The notes: a model not told the origin generated them from the letters alone. A stretch of DNA of 64,000 nucleotides from Candidatus Latescibacterota bacterium (GCA_965204745.1 OZ242010.1:3168001-3232000); one strand, 5' to 3'; positions 48,506-58,737 are shown, counted from the stretch's first letter. Numbers and translations: made by a program.

Positions 48506-49957
48506 CTATCGCCCTCTATGGGTTTCCCAGACAGGACGCTCCTGCCACGGGTCAAACTCGGGATTTTCGCGGGGAATTTTGGCTTCGATCTCCGTTTGCC
48601 AGGTTTTCAAAAGCCCCAGCAGCCGGTCTCGCACTTCGGGCAATTGATCGGACAAGTCGTTTTCCTCGCCGATGTCAGCGCGCAGATCGTACAGCTCGAC
48701 GTGTCCGGATTCAAAAAATTCGATCAACTTGTAATCGCCAGCGCGCACAGAGGCACCTGGAGTGCCGCCCTGATTGCCGTAATGCGGGAAATGCCAGTAA
48801 ATCGCGTCGCGCGCCAAGTCGCCTCCCGCGAGCAGGGGCGCGAGGCTCATGCCATCGCAATGCTGGTCCGGGATGGGGTCGAGACCGGCCATGTCCAGCA
48901 TGGTCGGGTAAAAATCCGTGCTGGTCACGGGCGCGTCACACGCGGTGCCCGCACGGGTGATGCCCGGCCATTTGACGATCAGGGGTTCGCGCGTGCCCCC
49001 TTCGTACATCCAGCCCTTGCCTTCGGACAGGGGCGCGTTGCACGTCGGCGACCCCTCGCTCGTCGCCAAGCCTCCATTGTCCGAGGTCAACAAAATCGCG
49101 GTCTCGTCGGCAATGCCCGCGTTTTCCAACGCATCCAAAATCCGGCCCACATTGTCATCCATGCTCTCGATCATCGCCGCGTACACCGGATCGGATTGCA
49201 CGTTTCGCCTCGTGATGCGCCTGTCTTTCTTGTGTTCCGCTGGGAAAAAGTCGCCCTCTTCAAACGGATCGATTTTGTTCAAGCCGAGTGCGCGAGCCTT
49301 GTTTTCGTACTTCTCGATCTTCTCCTGTTTCGCCTGAATGGGCGTATGCACTGTGTAGTACCACAGGTTTAGGAAGAAAGGTCGATCATCGCGGTTCTCG
49401 ATGAAGTCCAAGACCCGATCCGTCAAATAATCCGTCAAATACGTGCCGTCGGGCACATCCGCGTCTTCCAACCCGGCAATGGTCCACGGACTAAAATAAC
49501 CGCCGCGCCCGGGCGATCCCATTTCACACCCGCCCACATTCACGTCAAACCCGTGGTCTTGCGGATAATGCCCCGGCCCGCCCAAGTGCCATTTGCCGAC
49601 GTGCCAAGTCGCATAGCCCCCCGCCTTGAGCGCGCGTGCAATCGCGTGTTCCTCGCGGGGCAGATGCTTCAAATAAGGCACGTCGATCAACTTGCCGCGG
49701 TTGGGATGGTTGCCGCCGCCCCAGTCGATGAAATTCGTCACCCCGACCCGCGCCGGATATTTCCCGCTCATCACACTCGCGCGCGTTGGCGAACACACCG
49801 GGCACGCCGCGTACGCATCGGTGAACCGCACCCCCTCGGCACTCAACCGATCCAAATTGGGCGTTTCGTAAAACGCACTCCCATAACAACTCGCATCCGC
49901 CCAGCCGTAATCGTCCAACAAGATGAAGATGATGTTGGGTTTTTTCATTCGCATCAC
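48506..49957 (-). CDS. Cys-type sulfatase
   Basis: PNIIFILLDD, CSPTRASVMSG, GKWHLG, SDNGG, YEGGTREP, ELYDL. Confidence 0.95.
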   Translation of the reverse strand: MMRMKKPNIIFILLDDYGWADASCYGSAFYETPNLDRLSAEGVRFTDAYAACPVCSPTRASVMSGKYPARVGVTNFIDWGGGNHPNRGKLIDVPYLKHLPREEHAIARALKAGGYATWHVGKWHLGGPGHYPQDHGFDVNVGGCEMGSPGRGGYFSPWTIAGLEDADVPDGTYLTDYLTDRVLDFIENRDDRPFFLNLWYYTVHTPIQAKQEKIEKYENKARALGLNKIDPFEEGDFFPAEHKKDRRITRRNVQSDPVYAAMIESMDDNVGRILDALENAGIADETAILLTSDNGGLATSEGSPTCNAPLSEGKGWMYEGGTREPLIVKWPGITRAGTACDAPVTSTDFYPTMLDMAGLDPIPDQHCDGMSLAPLLAGGDLARDAIYWHFPHYGNQGGTPGASVRAGDYKLIEFFESGHVELYDLRADIGEENDLSDQLPEVRDRLLGLLKTWQTEIEAKIPRENPEFDPWQERPVWETHRGR

Positions 49958-50051
49958 TCCTTCCGTGTGTGCCCTTCCACTCCACCCTGCCGCCCGTGCG
50001 TGCCCAACCGCTCCGCCCCCGCTCGTGGCTAAAATCCCATCTTACCTCTAG

Positions 50052-50828
50052 TCAATCCGTCTGTTGCGTGCTGATTTCGTCTTCTGAAATTTTGTGGACG
50101 CTCTTGGGGTTGAAAGTCTGTTGCGTGTCGATGCGGAGCGCGACCTCGATGCGCCCGCCGGTCAGAACGAAAAACTGAATCAAAAAGCCCCCGCCTTGCA
50201 TGGTCTCCACCTGATAGGCCGACTCATCTAACCCGTCGAGCAACTCGGGCAGGACAGCTTCAAACTGCGGATGTTGCGTGACCTCGGCTGGCAACGCCAT
50301 GATCAACGTGCCCGGATCGGTTTCGAGATAATACCCAATGCGTTGCCGCGCATTGACCATGTGGGCGATCACCTCGCACGCATAGCCGAAATCCCCCTCG
50401 CTGCGCCGCAAAGGCGGCACGATGCCCCACGTGAGATGGTGGATAAAGGGATTGTCATACCCCTGCCGAATCATCTGATTGAGCGCGGCCATGTCAACTG
50501 GATGCACCACGGCTACGTACCGAAACCACCCCCGATCAAGTGCCGGATGACCATCGGGCAACCCCGAAGGCACGTTGATATAATCCCGCTCATCCACGGG
50601 CGAGGGATAGCACTTGGTATCCCATCCCGCGATGTACCCCACGGTCTTCAACGGCCCCGCAATCAGATGCGGCGGGTCCGTAAAAATCGCCGCGTGATCC
50701 ATATTGGGATACAACTCGACGCCCGCCCCCGAGATCTTTTCCGCGACCTCCAAGGCTTCGTCAAAGCGCTCATACGCATTCCCAATCTGAAGCACCGAAT
50801 GAAAATCCTCTGGCAAGATGCAGTCCAT
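50052..50828 (-). CDS. Hypothetical protein, possibly VOC/HPPD-like metalloenzyme
   Basis: RBS AGGAGG; DHAA, FIHHLTW, FLIQFF, IEVALR spacing resembles the VOC His/His/Glu triad. Confidence 0.6.
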   Translation of the reverse strand: MDCILPEDFHSVLQIGNAYERFDEALEVAEKISGAGVELYPNMDHAAIFTDPPHLIAGPLKTVGYIAGWDTKCYPSPVDERDYINVPSGLPDGHPALDRGWFRYVAVVHPVDMAALNQMIRQGYDNPFIHHLTWGIVPPLRRSEGDFGYACEVIAHMVNARQRIGYYLETDPGTLIMALPAEVTQHPQFEAVLPELLDGLDESAYQVETMQGGGFLIQFFVLTGGRIEVALRIDTQQTFNPKSVHKISEDEISTQQTD

Positions 50829-51120
50829 AACGTCCTCCCTCCTGTTGGTTGATGGGAAACAAAGGAACCAGCCATCCATTTCGCTCTCGTCCGTAAAATA
50901 AGCCGATTTTCCGACATTCGTCAAACAAAATAAGCCCGCGGCGAGGGAATGAAGCATTGCACATTCTCATCCATCTCCCCCTCAAAATTGAACATCTCGT
51001 TCTCCTTTGCCACTTGACCGTGTGAGCACGTACGCGCGTAACTATATGATTTAACGCCTCTTGCGCCATGTTCCCAAACTCGGCACGCGATTTGCGAGGG
51101 GTACGAGCGCGAGGTCTGAG

Positions 51121-52776
51121 ATGAAATACCGAATCGTCTTTTTACTATTAGGTGTGTTCTTTTCCACCTGTGACGCGATGGCGCGAGACACGTTGCGCTT
51201 TGGGCGCGTGCGCCAGGGCCATACCGCGCTCGACACGCTCCGCATCCCAAACATAGACGTGACCGCACTGATGATTTCCAACCCGCGCGTTTCCAACCCC
51301 GCGTTTTTGCCCGCCGCGCCGTTGCCGTCCACCCCATTGACGGGGACGCCGGCCACGCCCTTGACCGGCGTGACGATTGAACCCAATGGCGAGGGATTTC
51401 TGCCGATTTCATTTATCCCCAACGCACTCGACACCTTCATCGCCAAGCTGATAATGGATACAAACCGAGGCATCCGCAACTGGGTGCTCTCCGGCGAAGG
51501 CGTGGAAGAGGTCGTCGTGATCAACGAAATCCTCGCGGACCCGCCGTCGGATGCGGGCGATGCCAACCGCGACGGAGGTCGGGATAGCAATGAGGATGAG
51601 TTTGTGGAAATCCTAAACACCGGCTTGAGGCCGATCAATATCGGCGGGTGGCAATTGTCAGACCGCAACTCACGCGGGCCATTCGCTTTTCCCGATACCA
51701 CTTGGATCGGGCCGGGAGAATACATCGTCCTCTTTGGCGGCGGAACGCCAACGGGCTTCACAGGTCAGGTTTTCGTGGATGATGGCAAAATCGGTGGAGG
51801 ATTGACCAATTCGAGAGATACAATATTTCTGATCAACCCGGCTTCAAACGATACGCTTGCAAGCGCGGGATGGGGCCGTGAGGGGGGCAACGATCAATCC
51901 CTCGTGCGGTATCCCGAAGGCATCGGCGAGTGGGTATTGCACACGGAATTACCGGGCACGGGCGAGAAGTTTTCGCCGGGCAGGGCCAGAGCATTGCGCG
52001 TTCAGCGACGGGGCGATCTCAATGGCGATGAGAAAATTGACCTGATAGACGCGGTGCGGCTGGTTCACATCATTCTCGGCGTCCCGCCCGCGAGCACGGC
52101 ACTCGAAAGATGGGCCGCGGATGTGAACGAAAGCGGCGGTCTCGACATCCGCGACCTGATCGCCCTGATTGCCCGATTTACGGGCCTGAGTTCTTCATCG
52201 GGCAAAGTAGCTGTCGCGCCGCTCGAAGGCTGGTGGTGGGAGGCCGATGGGCAAGTTTGGATGCAAACCAACCGGCCCGTGCATGTCGTGGTGGGCAAAC
52301 TGGCGGGCGAAAACGCGCATTTCGACGCGCGGTCCGAATGGATAGCCGCCGTGGCCGAACGGGATTTTGTGCTCGGTAGCGCGAATCGCAACGGCTTTGG
52401 GGACGCGCCCAATCCCTTGGGCAATATCCGCGGCGAGATCGCGTATTTGGAAGTCTATACGCTCTCGGGCGTCTCGGCGCGCTTGTCGCCCAAACCGAAA
52501 ACCTCCGGGATTCGGTCCAGTTTTCCCAACCCCTTCAATCCGGATACGGTCATCGAATACGAAATCGCACACCGCACCCGAATCACCCTGAGCATCTTCA
52601 CCCCCACGGGCCAAGAAATCGCGCGCTTAGTCGATCAAGTCGCGTTCCCCGGGCAATACCGCAAGGTCTGGAATGGCCGCGACGCCAAAGGGCGGCCCGT
52701 CGCCTCGGGCGTCTATATCGCGCGGTTGAGCGGTGCGAATTTTCACGCAACCCGAAAACTGGTTCTCCTAAAATGA
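51121..52776 (+). CDS. Secreted protein: Ig-like + lamin tail domain + dockerin + FlgD/CTD-like tail
   Basis: Signal peptide; VINEILADP..GDANRDG..EDEFVEI (LTD); GDLNGDEKIDLID / ADVNESGGLDIRD (dockerin); FPNPFNP..WNGRD..VASGVY. Confidence 0.85.
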   Translation: MKYRIVFLLLGVFFSTCDAMARDTLRFGRVRQGHTALDTLRIPNIDVTALMISNPRVSNPAFLPAAPLPSTPLTGTPATPLTGVTIEPNGEGFLPISFIPNALDTFIAKLIMDTNRGIRNWVLSGEGVEEVVVINEILADPPSDAGDANRDGGRDSNEDEFVEILNTGLRPINIGGWQLSDRNSRGPFAFPDTTWIGPGEYIVLFGGGTPTGFTGQVFVDDGKIGGGLTNSRDTIFLINPASNDTLASAGWGREGGNDQSLVRYPEGIGEWVLHTELPGTGEKFSPGRARALRVQRRGDLNGDEKIDLIDAVRLVHIILGVPPASTALERWAADVNESGGLDIRDLIALIARFTGLSSSSGKVAVAPLEGWWWEADGQVWMQTNRPVHVVVGKLAGENAHFDARSEWIAAVAERDFVLGSANRNGFGDAPNPLGNIRGEIAYLEVYTLSGVSARLSPKPKTSGIRSSFPNPFNPDTVIEYEIAHRTRITLSIFTPTGQEIARLVDQVAFPGQYRKVWNGRDAKGRPVASGVYIARLSGANFHATRKLVLLK

Positions 52777-55700
52777 AATACGTCTCGGTGGTGATCACAT
52801 TGTTTTGCGCGAGCCATCTCGTTGCGGCAGAGACGCGGCTGACCCTTGCCGAGACCGTCGGCGCGCCGGGGGATACCGTGGCCGTGCCCATTGTCCTGTC
52901 GAACACGCAGGCCATTTCCGGCATCAGCTTCTCCCTCGAATACGCCCCATCGGCGATCTCGTTCCTGCGAATCGAACAAACCGACATTGCCCTGACGCCT
53001 TTCGTGCGCGAAAACGCGCCCCAGATCCACTTCGTTTTTTTGGATACAATATCCGCCCAAGTGCTGGCAACAGGGGAACATGAACTGGGTCACTTAATGT
53101 TTGCCATCAAGGAAAACGCGGCCGTCGGCAAGGCCGCGCTGACGCTCAGCAACTTGGATTTGACAGACGAAAACCTTCCCCCCGAGCGCGTGCAGGGCAT
53201 TGCAGAATCCGCCGGCATTTGGATTACGACAAACGGGCTTCGGCTGGGCACTGCGGAGTGGGTATCCCAAAAAAAGGTCAAAGTGGATTTGAACCTCGTA
53301 ACCGACACCCCGATTTCAGGCATCCAATTCTCGCTGCTATGGCACGCGACCACGCTGGCGTATGACACCACATCCACAACCACATCTTGGCGGGTTTTCA
53401 GCCATGAACCCGATGAGCGCAGCGTGCGACTTGTCGCCGCGGATTTCACAGGCGAGCGAGCGTTCAGCAGCGATACCGCGCCCGTGGTTTCCGTGCATTT
53501 TCGCTCTCTCCCGAATCAAAACGATCCGCAGATTCTCGGGCTCGAACTCGGCGATGTGCTGATGACGGATCGCGCTGGCGAAAGCGTGCCCGTTCTCTCG
53601 AGCAATGGCGAGATCGACACGGCCCTGCGCCCTGCGCGTCCAGCGGTTTCTTTTGACGACTTGCACATCGAAGAAATCCTCTCTGACCCCGCGTCGAGCG
53701 AACAGGGCGACGCCAACCGCGACGGCACGCGCCATAGCCGAGAGGACGAATTTATCGAACTGGTCAATCGCGGCGATCAACCCATTGACCTCTCCTGCTT
53801 TTTGCTCTCGGACGACGATGTGTCCCCCGACAAAATGTTTGAATTTCCCGACAGCACAATCATCGCGCCCGGAGAACGCATCGTCCTATTCGGCGGCGGT
53901 CAACCGCAAGGCATTCCCGGGCAGGTCTATACAGACGATGGTAGCATTGGCAATGGCCTGACCAACTCGGGCGACATCATCGTGCTCATCGATCCAGCGT
54001 CGAGAGACACGCTACTCATCGTCGCGTTTGAATCGAATGCGAAAGATCAATCCCTCGTTCAACAGGACGGAACATGGGTCGGTCACAGCACCTTATACAC
54101 CGGGCGTTTTTCTCCGGGCGCGGCGTCACAACCGATTGATACATCTGATAATGATGAGTCAGATGAGAACGCGGATGAAAACGCAGGCGATGAACCAACG
54201 GATGAACCAACGGATGAACCAACGGATGAACCAACGGATGAACCAACGGATGGCAACGCGAATGGGAACCCGGGCGATCAACCAACCGATGCGAAAACGA
54301 ATCGGGATATCCGAGGATTGCACATCGAAGAAATTCACGCTGATCCCGCGTCGAGCGAACAGGGCGATGCCAACCGCGACGGCACGCGCCACAGCCGAGA
54401 GGACGAATTTATCGAACTGGTCAATCGCGGCGATCAACCCATTGACCTCTCCGGCTATCTGCTCTCGGACGACGATGTGGCCCTCGACAAAATGTTTGAA
54501 TTTCCCGACAGCACCATGATCGCGCCCGGAGAACGCATCGTCCTATTTGGCGGGGGTCAACCGCAGGGCATTCCCGGGCAGGTCTATACAGACGATGGTA
54601 GCATAGGCAATGGGCTGACCAATTCGGGCGATGTCATCGTGCTCATCAACCCGGCGACGAGGGACACGCTGCTCAGCGTCGCGTATCAATCCAAAGCAAA
54701 AGATCAATCCCTCGTTCAACAGGACGGAGCGTGGATCGGTCACAGCACCTTATACACCGGGCGTTTCTCCCCGGGCGCGGCGTCTCAACCGATTGATACA
54801 TCGGATAGTGACAGCGATGAATCAACCGATACGAGTGGCGAAGCAACCGATGAGAAAACGAGCGTAAATATCCAAGGGTTACACATCGAAGAAATCCACG
54901 CGGCCCCTGCGTCGAGCGAACAAGGCGATGCAAATGGCGATGGGGTGCGCCACGGTCAAGAAGATGAATTTATCGAACTGGTCAATCGCGGCGATCAACC
55001 CATTGACCTCTCCGGCTATCTGCTCTCGGACGACGATGTCGCGCTCAATGACATGTTCAGATTTCCCGATAGCACCACAATCGCGCCCGGAGAACGCATC
55101 GTCCTATTCGGCGGCGGTCAACCGCAGGGCATTCCCGGACAGGTCTATACAGACGATGGTTGCATAGGCAACTGCTTGATCAACGCGGGCGACGTCATTG
55201 TGCTCATCGATCCAACTGCGGGTGATACTTTGCTCGCTGTCGCGTTTGAATCGAATGCGAAAGATCAATCCCTCGTTCAGATGGACGGAGCGTGGGTCGG
55301 CCACAGCACCTTATACACCGGGCGTTTCTCCCCGGGCGCGGCGTCTCAACCGATTGATACATCGGATAATGGCGAGTCAGATGAAAACGCGGATGAAAAC
55401 GCAGGCGATGAACCAACGGATGGCAACGCGAATGAGAACCCGGGCGATCAACCAACCGATGCGAAAACGAATCGGGATATCCGAGGATTGCACATCGCAG
55501 AAATCCACGCGGACCCCGCGTCGAGCGAACAAGGCGATGCAAATGGCGATGGGGTGCGCCACGGTCAAGAAGATGAATTTATCGAACTGGTCAATCGCGG
55601 CGATCAACCCATTGACCTCTCCGGCTATCTGCTCTCGGATGACGATGTGGCCCTCGACAAAATGTTTGAATTTCCCGACAGCACAATTATCGCGCCGGGA

Positions 55701-58526
55701 GAACGCATCGTCCTATTTGGCGGGGGTCAACCGCAGGGCATTCCCGGGCAGGTCTATACGGACGATGGCAGCATTGGCAATGGCCTGACAAACTCGGGTG
55801 ATGTCATTGTGCTCATCAACCCAGCGACAGGGGACACGCTACTCAGCGTGGAATATCAATCCAATGCAACCGATCAATCCCTCGTTCAACAGGACGGAGC
55901 GTGGGTCGGTCACAGCACCTTATACACCGGGCGTTTCTCCCCGGGCGCGGCGTCTCAACCGATTGATACATCTGATAATGGCGAGTCAGATGAAAACGCG
56001 GATGAAAACGCAGGCGATGAACCAACGGATGGCAACGCGAATGGGAACCCGGGCGAGCAACCCACCGATGCGAAAACGAATCGGGATATCCGAGGATTGC
56101 ACATTGCAGAAATCCACGCGGACCCTGCGTCGAGCGAACAGGGCGATGCAAATGGCGACGGCACGCGCCACAGCCGAGAGGACGAATTTATCGAACTGGT
56201 CAATCGCGGTGATCAACCGATTGACCTCTCCGGCTATCTGCTCTCAGATGACGATGTCGCGCTCGACAAAATGTTTGAATTTCCCGGTGGCACCACAATC
56301 GCGCCGGGAGAACGCATCGTCCTATTTGGCGGCGGTCAACCGCAGGGCATTCCCGGGCAGGTCTATACAGACGACGGTAGCATAGGCAATGGGCTGACCA
56401 ACTCGGGCGATGTCATTGTGCTCATCAATCCAGCGACGAGGGACACGCTACTCATCGTCGCGTATCAATCCAAAGCAAAAGATCAATCCCTCGTTCAGAT
56501 AGACAGAGCGTGGGTCGGTCACAGCACCTTATACACCGGGCGTTTTTCACCGGGCACGGCGTCACAACCGATTGATACATCTGATAGTGACAGCGATGAA
56601 GCAACCGATACGAGTGGCGAATCAACCGATGAGAAAACGAGCGTAAATATCCAAGGGTTACACATCGAAGAAATCCACGCGGCCCCTGCGTCGAGCGAAC
56701 AAGGCGATGCAAATGGCGATGGGGTGCGCCACGGTCAAGAAGACGAATTTATCGAACTGGTCAATCGCGGCGATCAACCGATTGACCTCTCCGGCTATCT
56801 GCTCTCAGATGACGATGTCGCGCTCAATGACATGTTCAGATTTCCCGATAGCACCACAATCGCGCCGGGAGAACGCATCGTCCTATTCGGCGGTGGTCAA
56901 CCGCAGGGCATTCCCGGACAGGTCTATACAGACGATGGTTGCATAGGCAACTGCTTGATCAACTCGGGCGACGTCATTGTGCTCATCGATCCAACTGCGG
57001 GTGATACTTTGCTCGCTGTCGCGTTTGAATCGAATGCGAAAGATCAATCCCTCGTTCAACAGGACGGAGCGTGGGTCGGTCACAGCACCTTATACACCGG
57101 ACTTTTCTCCCCGGGCGCGGCGTCTCAACCGATTGATACATCTGATAATGGCGAGTCAGATGAAAACGCAGGCGATGAACCAACGGATGGGAACAGTGGC
57201 GACGGATCAACCGATACCGGCGACGGATCAACCGATGATCCAGAAAATGTGGTTTCTACGCCTGATTCAACAGCGAGCGAACCCACTGAACCGGCGAATA
57301 GCCCACCGCGCTTTTTGTCCGTGGCGGATACCCTCGCACTGGTGGGATTGGCTTTTCAATACGCGCCGCGCGTTCACGACCCGGATGGGGATGCGCTCGA
57401 GTTGCGCGTGCATCAACCGCTCGCGTGGTTGCGCTGGGATGGCGAGCGGCTGGTCGGGTTGCCCGCAGAGCGCGACACGGGCCGCGTCCGCGTGGTGCTC
57501 TGGGTGAGCGATAGCCGCGATTCGGTCTCGCATTCGGTATCCGTGCGCGTCCTCTCGCTTCGCGCCCAACTCGACGCCATCGGCCCCATCTACCAATCCA
57601 TGACATGGCGGCATCAAATCGACATACCCCCCGGCGTTCAAGTCCAAGTTGATGGCGGCCCGGAATGGCACGACCGCAGTCTAATTTGGAAGCCGCAAAG
57701 AGTCGGAACACATCCCGCGACCATCGCACTCAGCACCGAGCACGGCGACGAACTCTTTTTTACCATGTCCATTGCTGTCTGGCCCAAACCCGCCTTAAAA
57801 TTGCACTCGGTCCTCGTTGAACCCCAGCGCGACGTCAACGGCGATGGCAGGGTTGACGCATTGGAAGATCAATACGTCACAATCGAAAATTTTGGCACTA
57901 TGCCCATCGACATATCCGGTTGGCTACTCGGGGATGACGACGGTGCTTTGACGCGCTTGCCAGCCGGCACAGTGTTGGCCGCGGCGGATCGGCTCGTGCT
58001 GGTCGGCAACATTCAACCCGTGCCCACAGAGCGCGTCTTCTCTGCCGGCGGGCGCATCGGGAATGGCTTGGCAAAATCCGACCGCATCCTCCTCATCGCG
58101 CCCGTGGGGCCAGACACCTTGATCAACATGCGTTATACGAGCAACACCCCGGGACAACCGATTGTCTTTCAAGACGGGCAAAGCGTTGACACGCCTCCGG
58201 CCGATGATCCCGAATCCCGCGAGGACGAGGCAGACGATACGCGCCAAACAGATCGCAAACGGGTCATCCATCCATCTCCCAATCCATTCAATTCTGCGAC
58301 GCGCTTTGGTTTTTACACCGCAGGCGGCCCGGTTCACCTGACGGTGTACAATGTTCTTGGGCAGCCCGTCCGCCGATTAGTCCACCGCGATTTGCCCGCC
58401 GGCTATCATCAGCGAATATGGGATGGCACGAATGATTCCGGAATGGCCGTGAGTTCTGGGGTCTATCTGGTCTATCTGAAAGATCGGGAAGCGACATTGA
58501 TACAGCGAGTCGCGTTGTTGAGGTGA
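52773..58526 (+). CDS. Large secreted protein: two cohesin-like domains, six near-identical LTD repeats, Ig-like domain, divergent LTD, FlgD/CTD-like tail
   Basis: PGDTVAVPIVLSN..ISGISFSLEY and ISGIQFSL cohesin-like motifs; LHIEEI.ADP repeats at 53661, 54318, 54879, 55488, 56097, 56658; PNPFNS..WDG..VSSGVY; ATGA overlap. Confidence 0.87.
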   Translation: MKYVSVVITLFCASHLVAAETRLTLAETVGAPGDTVAVPIVLSNTQAISGISFSLEYAPSAISFLRIEQTDIALTPFVRENAPQIHFVFLDTISAQVLATGEHELGHLMFAIKENAAVGKAALTLSNLDLTDENLPPERVQGIAESAGIWITTNGLRLGTAEWVSQKKVKVDLNLVTDTPISGIQFSLLWHATTLAYDTTSTTTSWRVFSHEPDERSVRLVAADFTGERAFSSDTAPVVSVHFRSLPNQNDPQILGLELGDVLMTDRAGESVPVLSSNGEIDTALRPARPAVSFDDLHIEEILSDPASSEQGDANRDGTRHSREDEFIELVNRGDQPIDLSCFLLSDDDVSPDKMFEFPDSTIIAPGERIVLFGGGQPQGIPGQVYTDDGSIGNGLTNSGDIIVLIDPASRDTLLIVAFESNAKDQSLVQQDGTWVGHSTLYTGRFSPGAASQPIDTSDNDESDENADENAGDEPTDEPTDEPTDEPTDEPTDGNANGNPGDQPTDAKTNRDIRGLHIEEIHADPASSEQGDANRDGTRHSREDEFIELVNRGDQPIDLSGYLLSDDDVALDKMFEFPDSTMIAPGERIVLFGGGQPQGIPGQVYTDDGSIGNGLTNSGDVIVLINPATRDTLLSVAYQSKAKDQSLVQQDGAWIGHSTLYTGRFSPGAASQPIDTSDSDSDESTDTSGEATDEKTSVNIQGLHIEEIHAAPASSEQGDANGDGVRHGQEDEFIELVNRGDQPIDLSGYLLSDDDVALNDMFRFPDSTTIAPGERIVLFGGGQPQGIPGQVYTDDGCIGNCLINAGDVIVLIDPTAGDTLLAVAFESNAKDQSLVQMDGAWVGHSTLYTGRFSPGAASQPIDTSDNGESDENADENAGDEPTDGNANENPGDQPTDAKTNRDIRGLHIAEIHADPASSEQGDANGDGVRHGQEDEFIELVNRGDQPIDLSGYLLSDDDVALDKMFEFPDSTIIAPGERIVLFGGGQPQGIPGQVYTDDGSIGNGLTNSGDVIVLINPATGDTLLSVEYQSNATDQSLVQQDGAWVGHSTLYTGRFSPGAASQPIDTSDNGESDENADENAGDEPTDGNANGNPGEQPTDAKTNRDIRGLHIAEIHADPASSEQGDANGDGTRHSREDEFIELVNRGDQPIDLSGYLLSDDDVALDKMFEFPGGTTIAPGERIVLFGGGQPQGIPGQVYTDDGSIGNGLTNSGDVIVLINPATRDTLLIVAYQSKAKDQSLVQIDRAWVGHSTLYTGRFSPGTASQPIDTSDSDSDEATDTSGESTDEKTSVNIQGLHIEEIHAAPASSEQGDANGDGVRHGQEDEFIELVNRGDQPIDLSGYLLSDDDVALNDMFRFPDSTTIAPGERIVLFGGGQPQGIPGQVYTDDGCIGNCLINSGDVIVLIDPTAGDTLLAVAFESNAKDQSLVQQDGAWVGHSTLYTGLFSPGAASQPIDTSDNGESDENAGDEPTDGNSGDGSTDTGDGSTDDPENVVSTPDSTASEPTEPANSPPRFLSVADTLALVGLAFQYAPRVHDPDGDALELRVHQPLAWLRWDGERLVGLPAERDTGRVRVVLWVSDSRDSVSHSVSVRVLSLRAQLDAIGPIYQSMTWRHQIDIPPGVQVQVDGGPEWHDRSLIWKPQRVGTHPATIALSTEHGDELFFTMSIAVWPKPALKLHSVLVEPQRDVNGDGRVDALEDQYVTIENFGTMPIDISGWLLGDDDGALTRLPAGTVLAAADRLVLVGNIQPVPTERVFSAGGRIGNGLAKSDRILLIAPVGPDTLINMRYTSNTPGQPIVFQDGQSVDTPPADDPESREDEADDTRQTDRKRVIHPSPNPFNSATRFGFYTAGGPVHLTVYNVLGQPVRRLVHRDLPAGYHQRIWDGTNDSGMAVSSGVYLVYLKDREATLIQRVALLR
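53661..57150 (+). repeat. Six intragenic ~560-660 bp tandem repeats, with a 12-nt GATGAACCAACG x5 tract at ~54189-54250
   Basis: Direct reading of near-identical units. Confidence 0.92.
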
Positions 58527-58528
58527 AT

Positions 58529-58650
58529 AAGCGGTAAGAGGTGAGACGCAAGAAGCGGTAAGAGGTGAGACGCAAGAGGGAAGAAGGCCGACCAGCCGCC
58601 CAAAAGGTGAGACGTGAGATCGTAGGGGCGTGGCCCCTGTGCCCGCTTGA
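58529..58650. repeat. Purine-rich repeat (aagcggtaagaggtgagacgcaaga x2) and GTAG-led REP-like hairpin
   Basis: Direct reading; gtaggggcgtggcccct. Confidence 0.7.
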
Positions 58651-58737
58651 AGTGAGAAGGCCATCTCGTCCCCAACTCCCAAGCGGTTAGCGGTGAGTTG
58701 AACGCTGATAGCTACCCATAGAAAGGAGGTGAACAAA

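Noticed and set aside
48460-50050. Integron attC sites flanking gene cassettes
   Set aside because: No RYYYAAC/GTTRRRY core boxes and no integron integrase seen.
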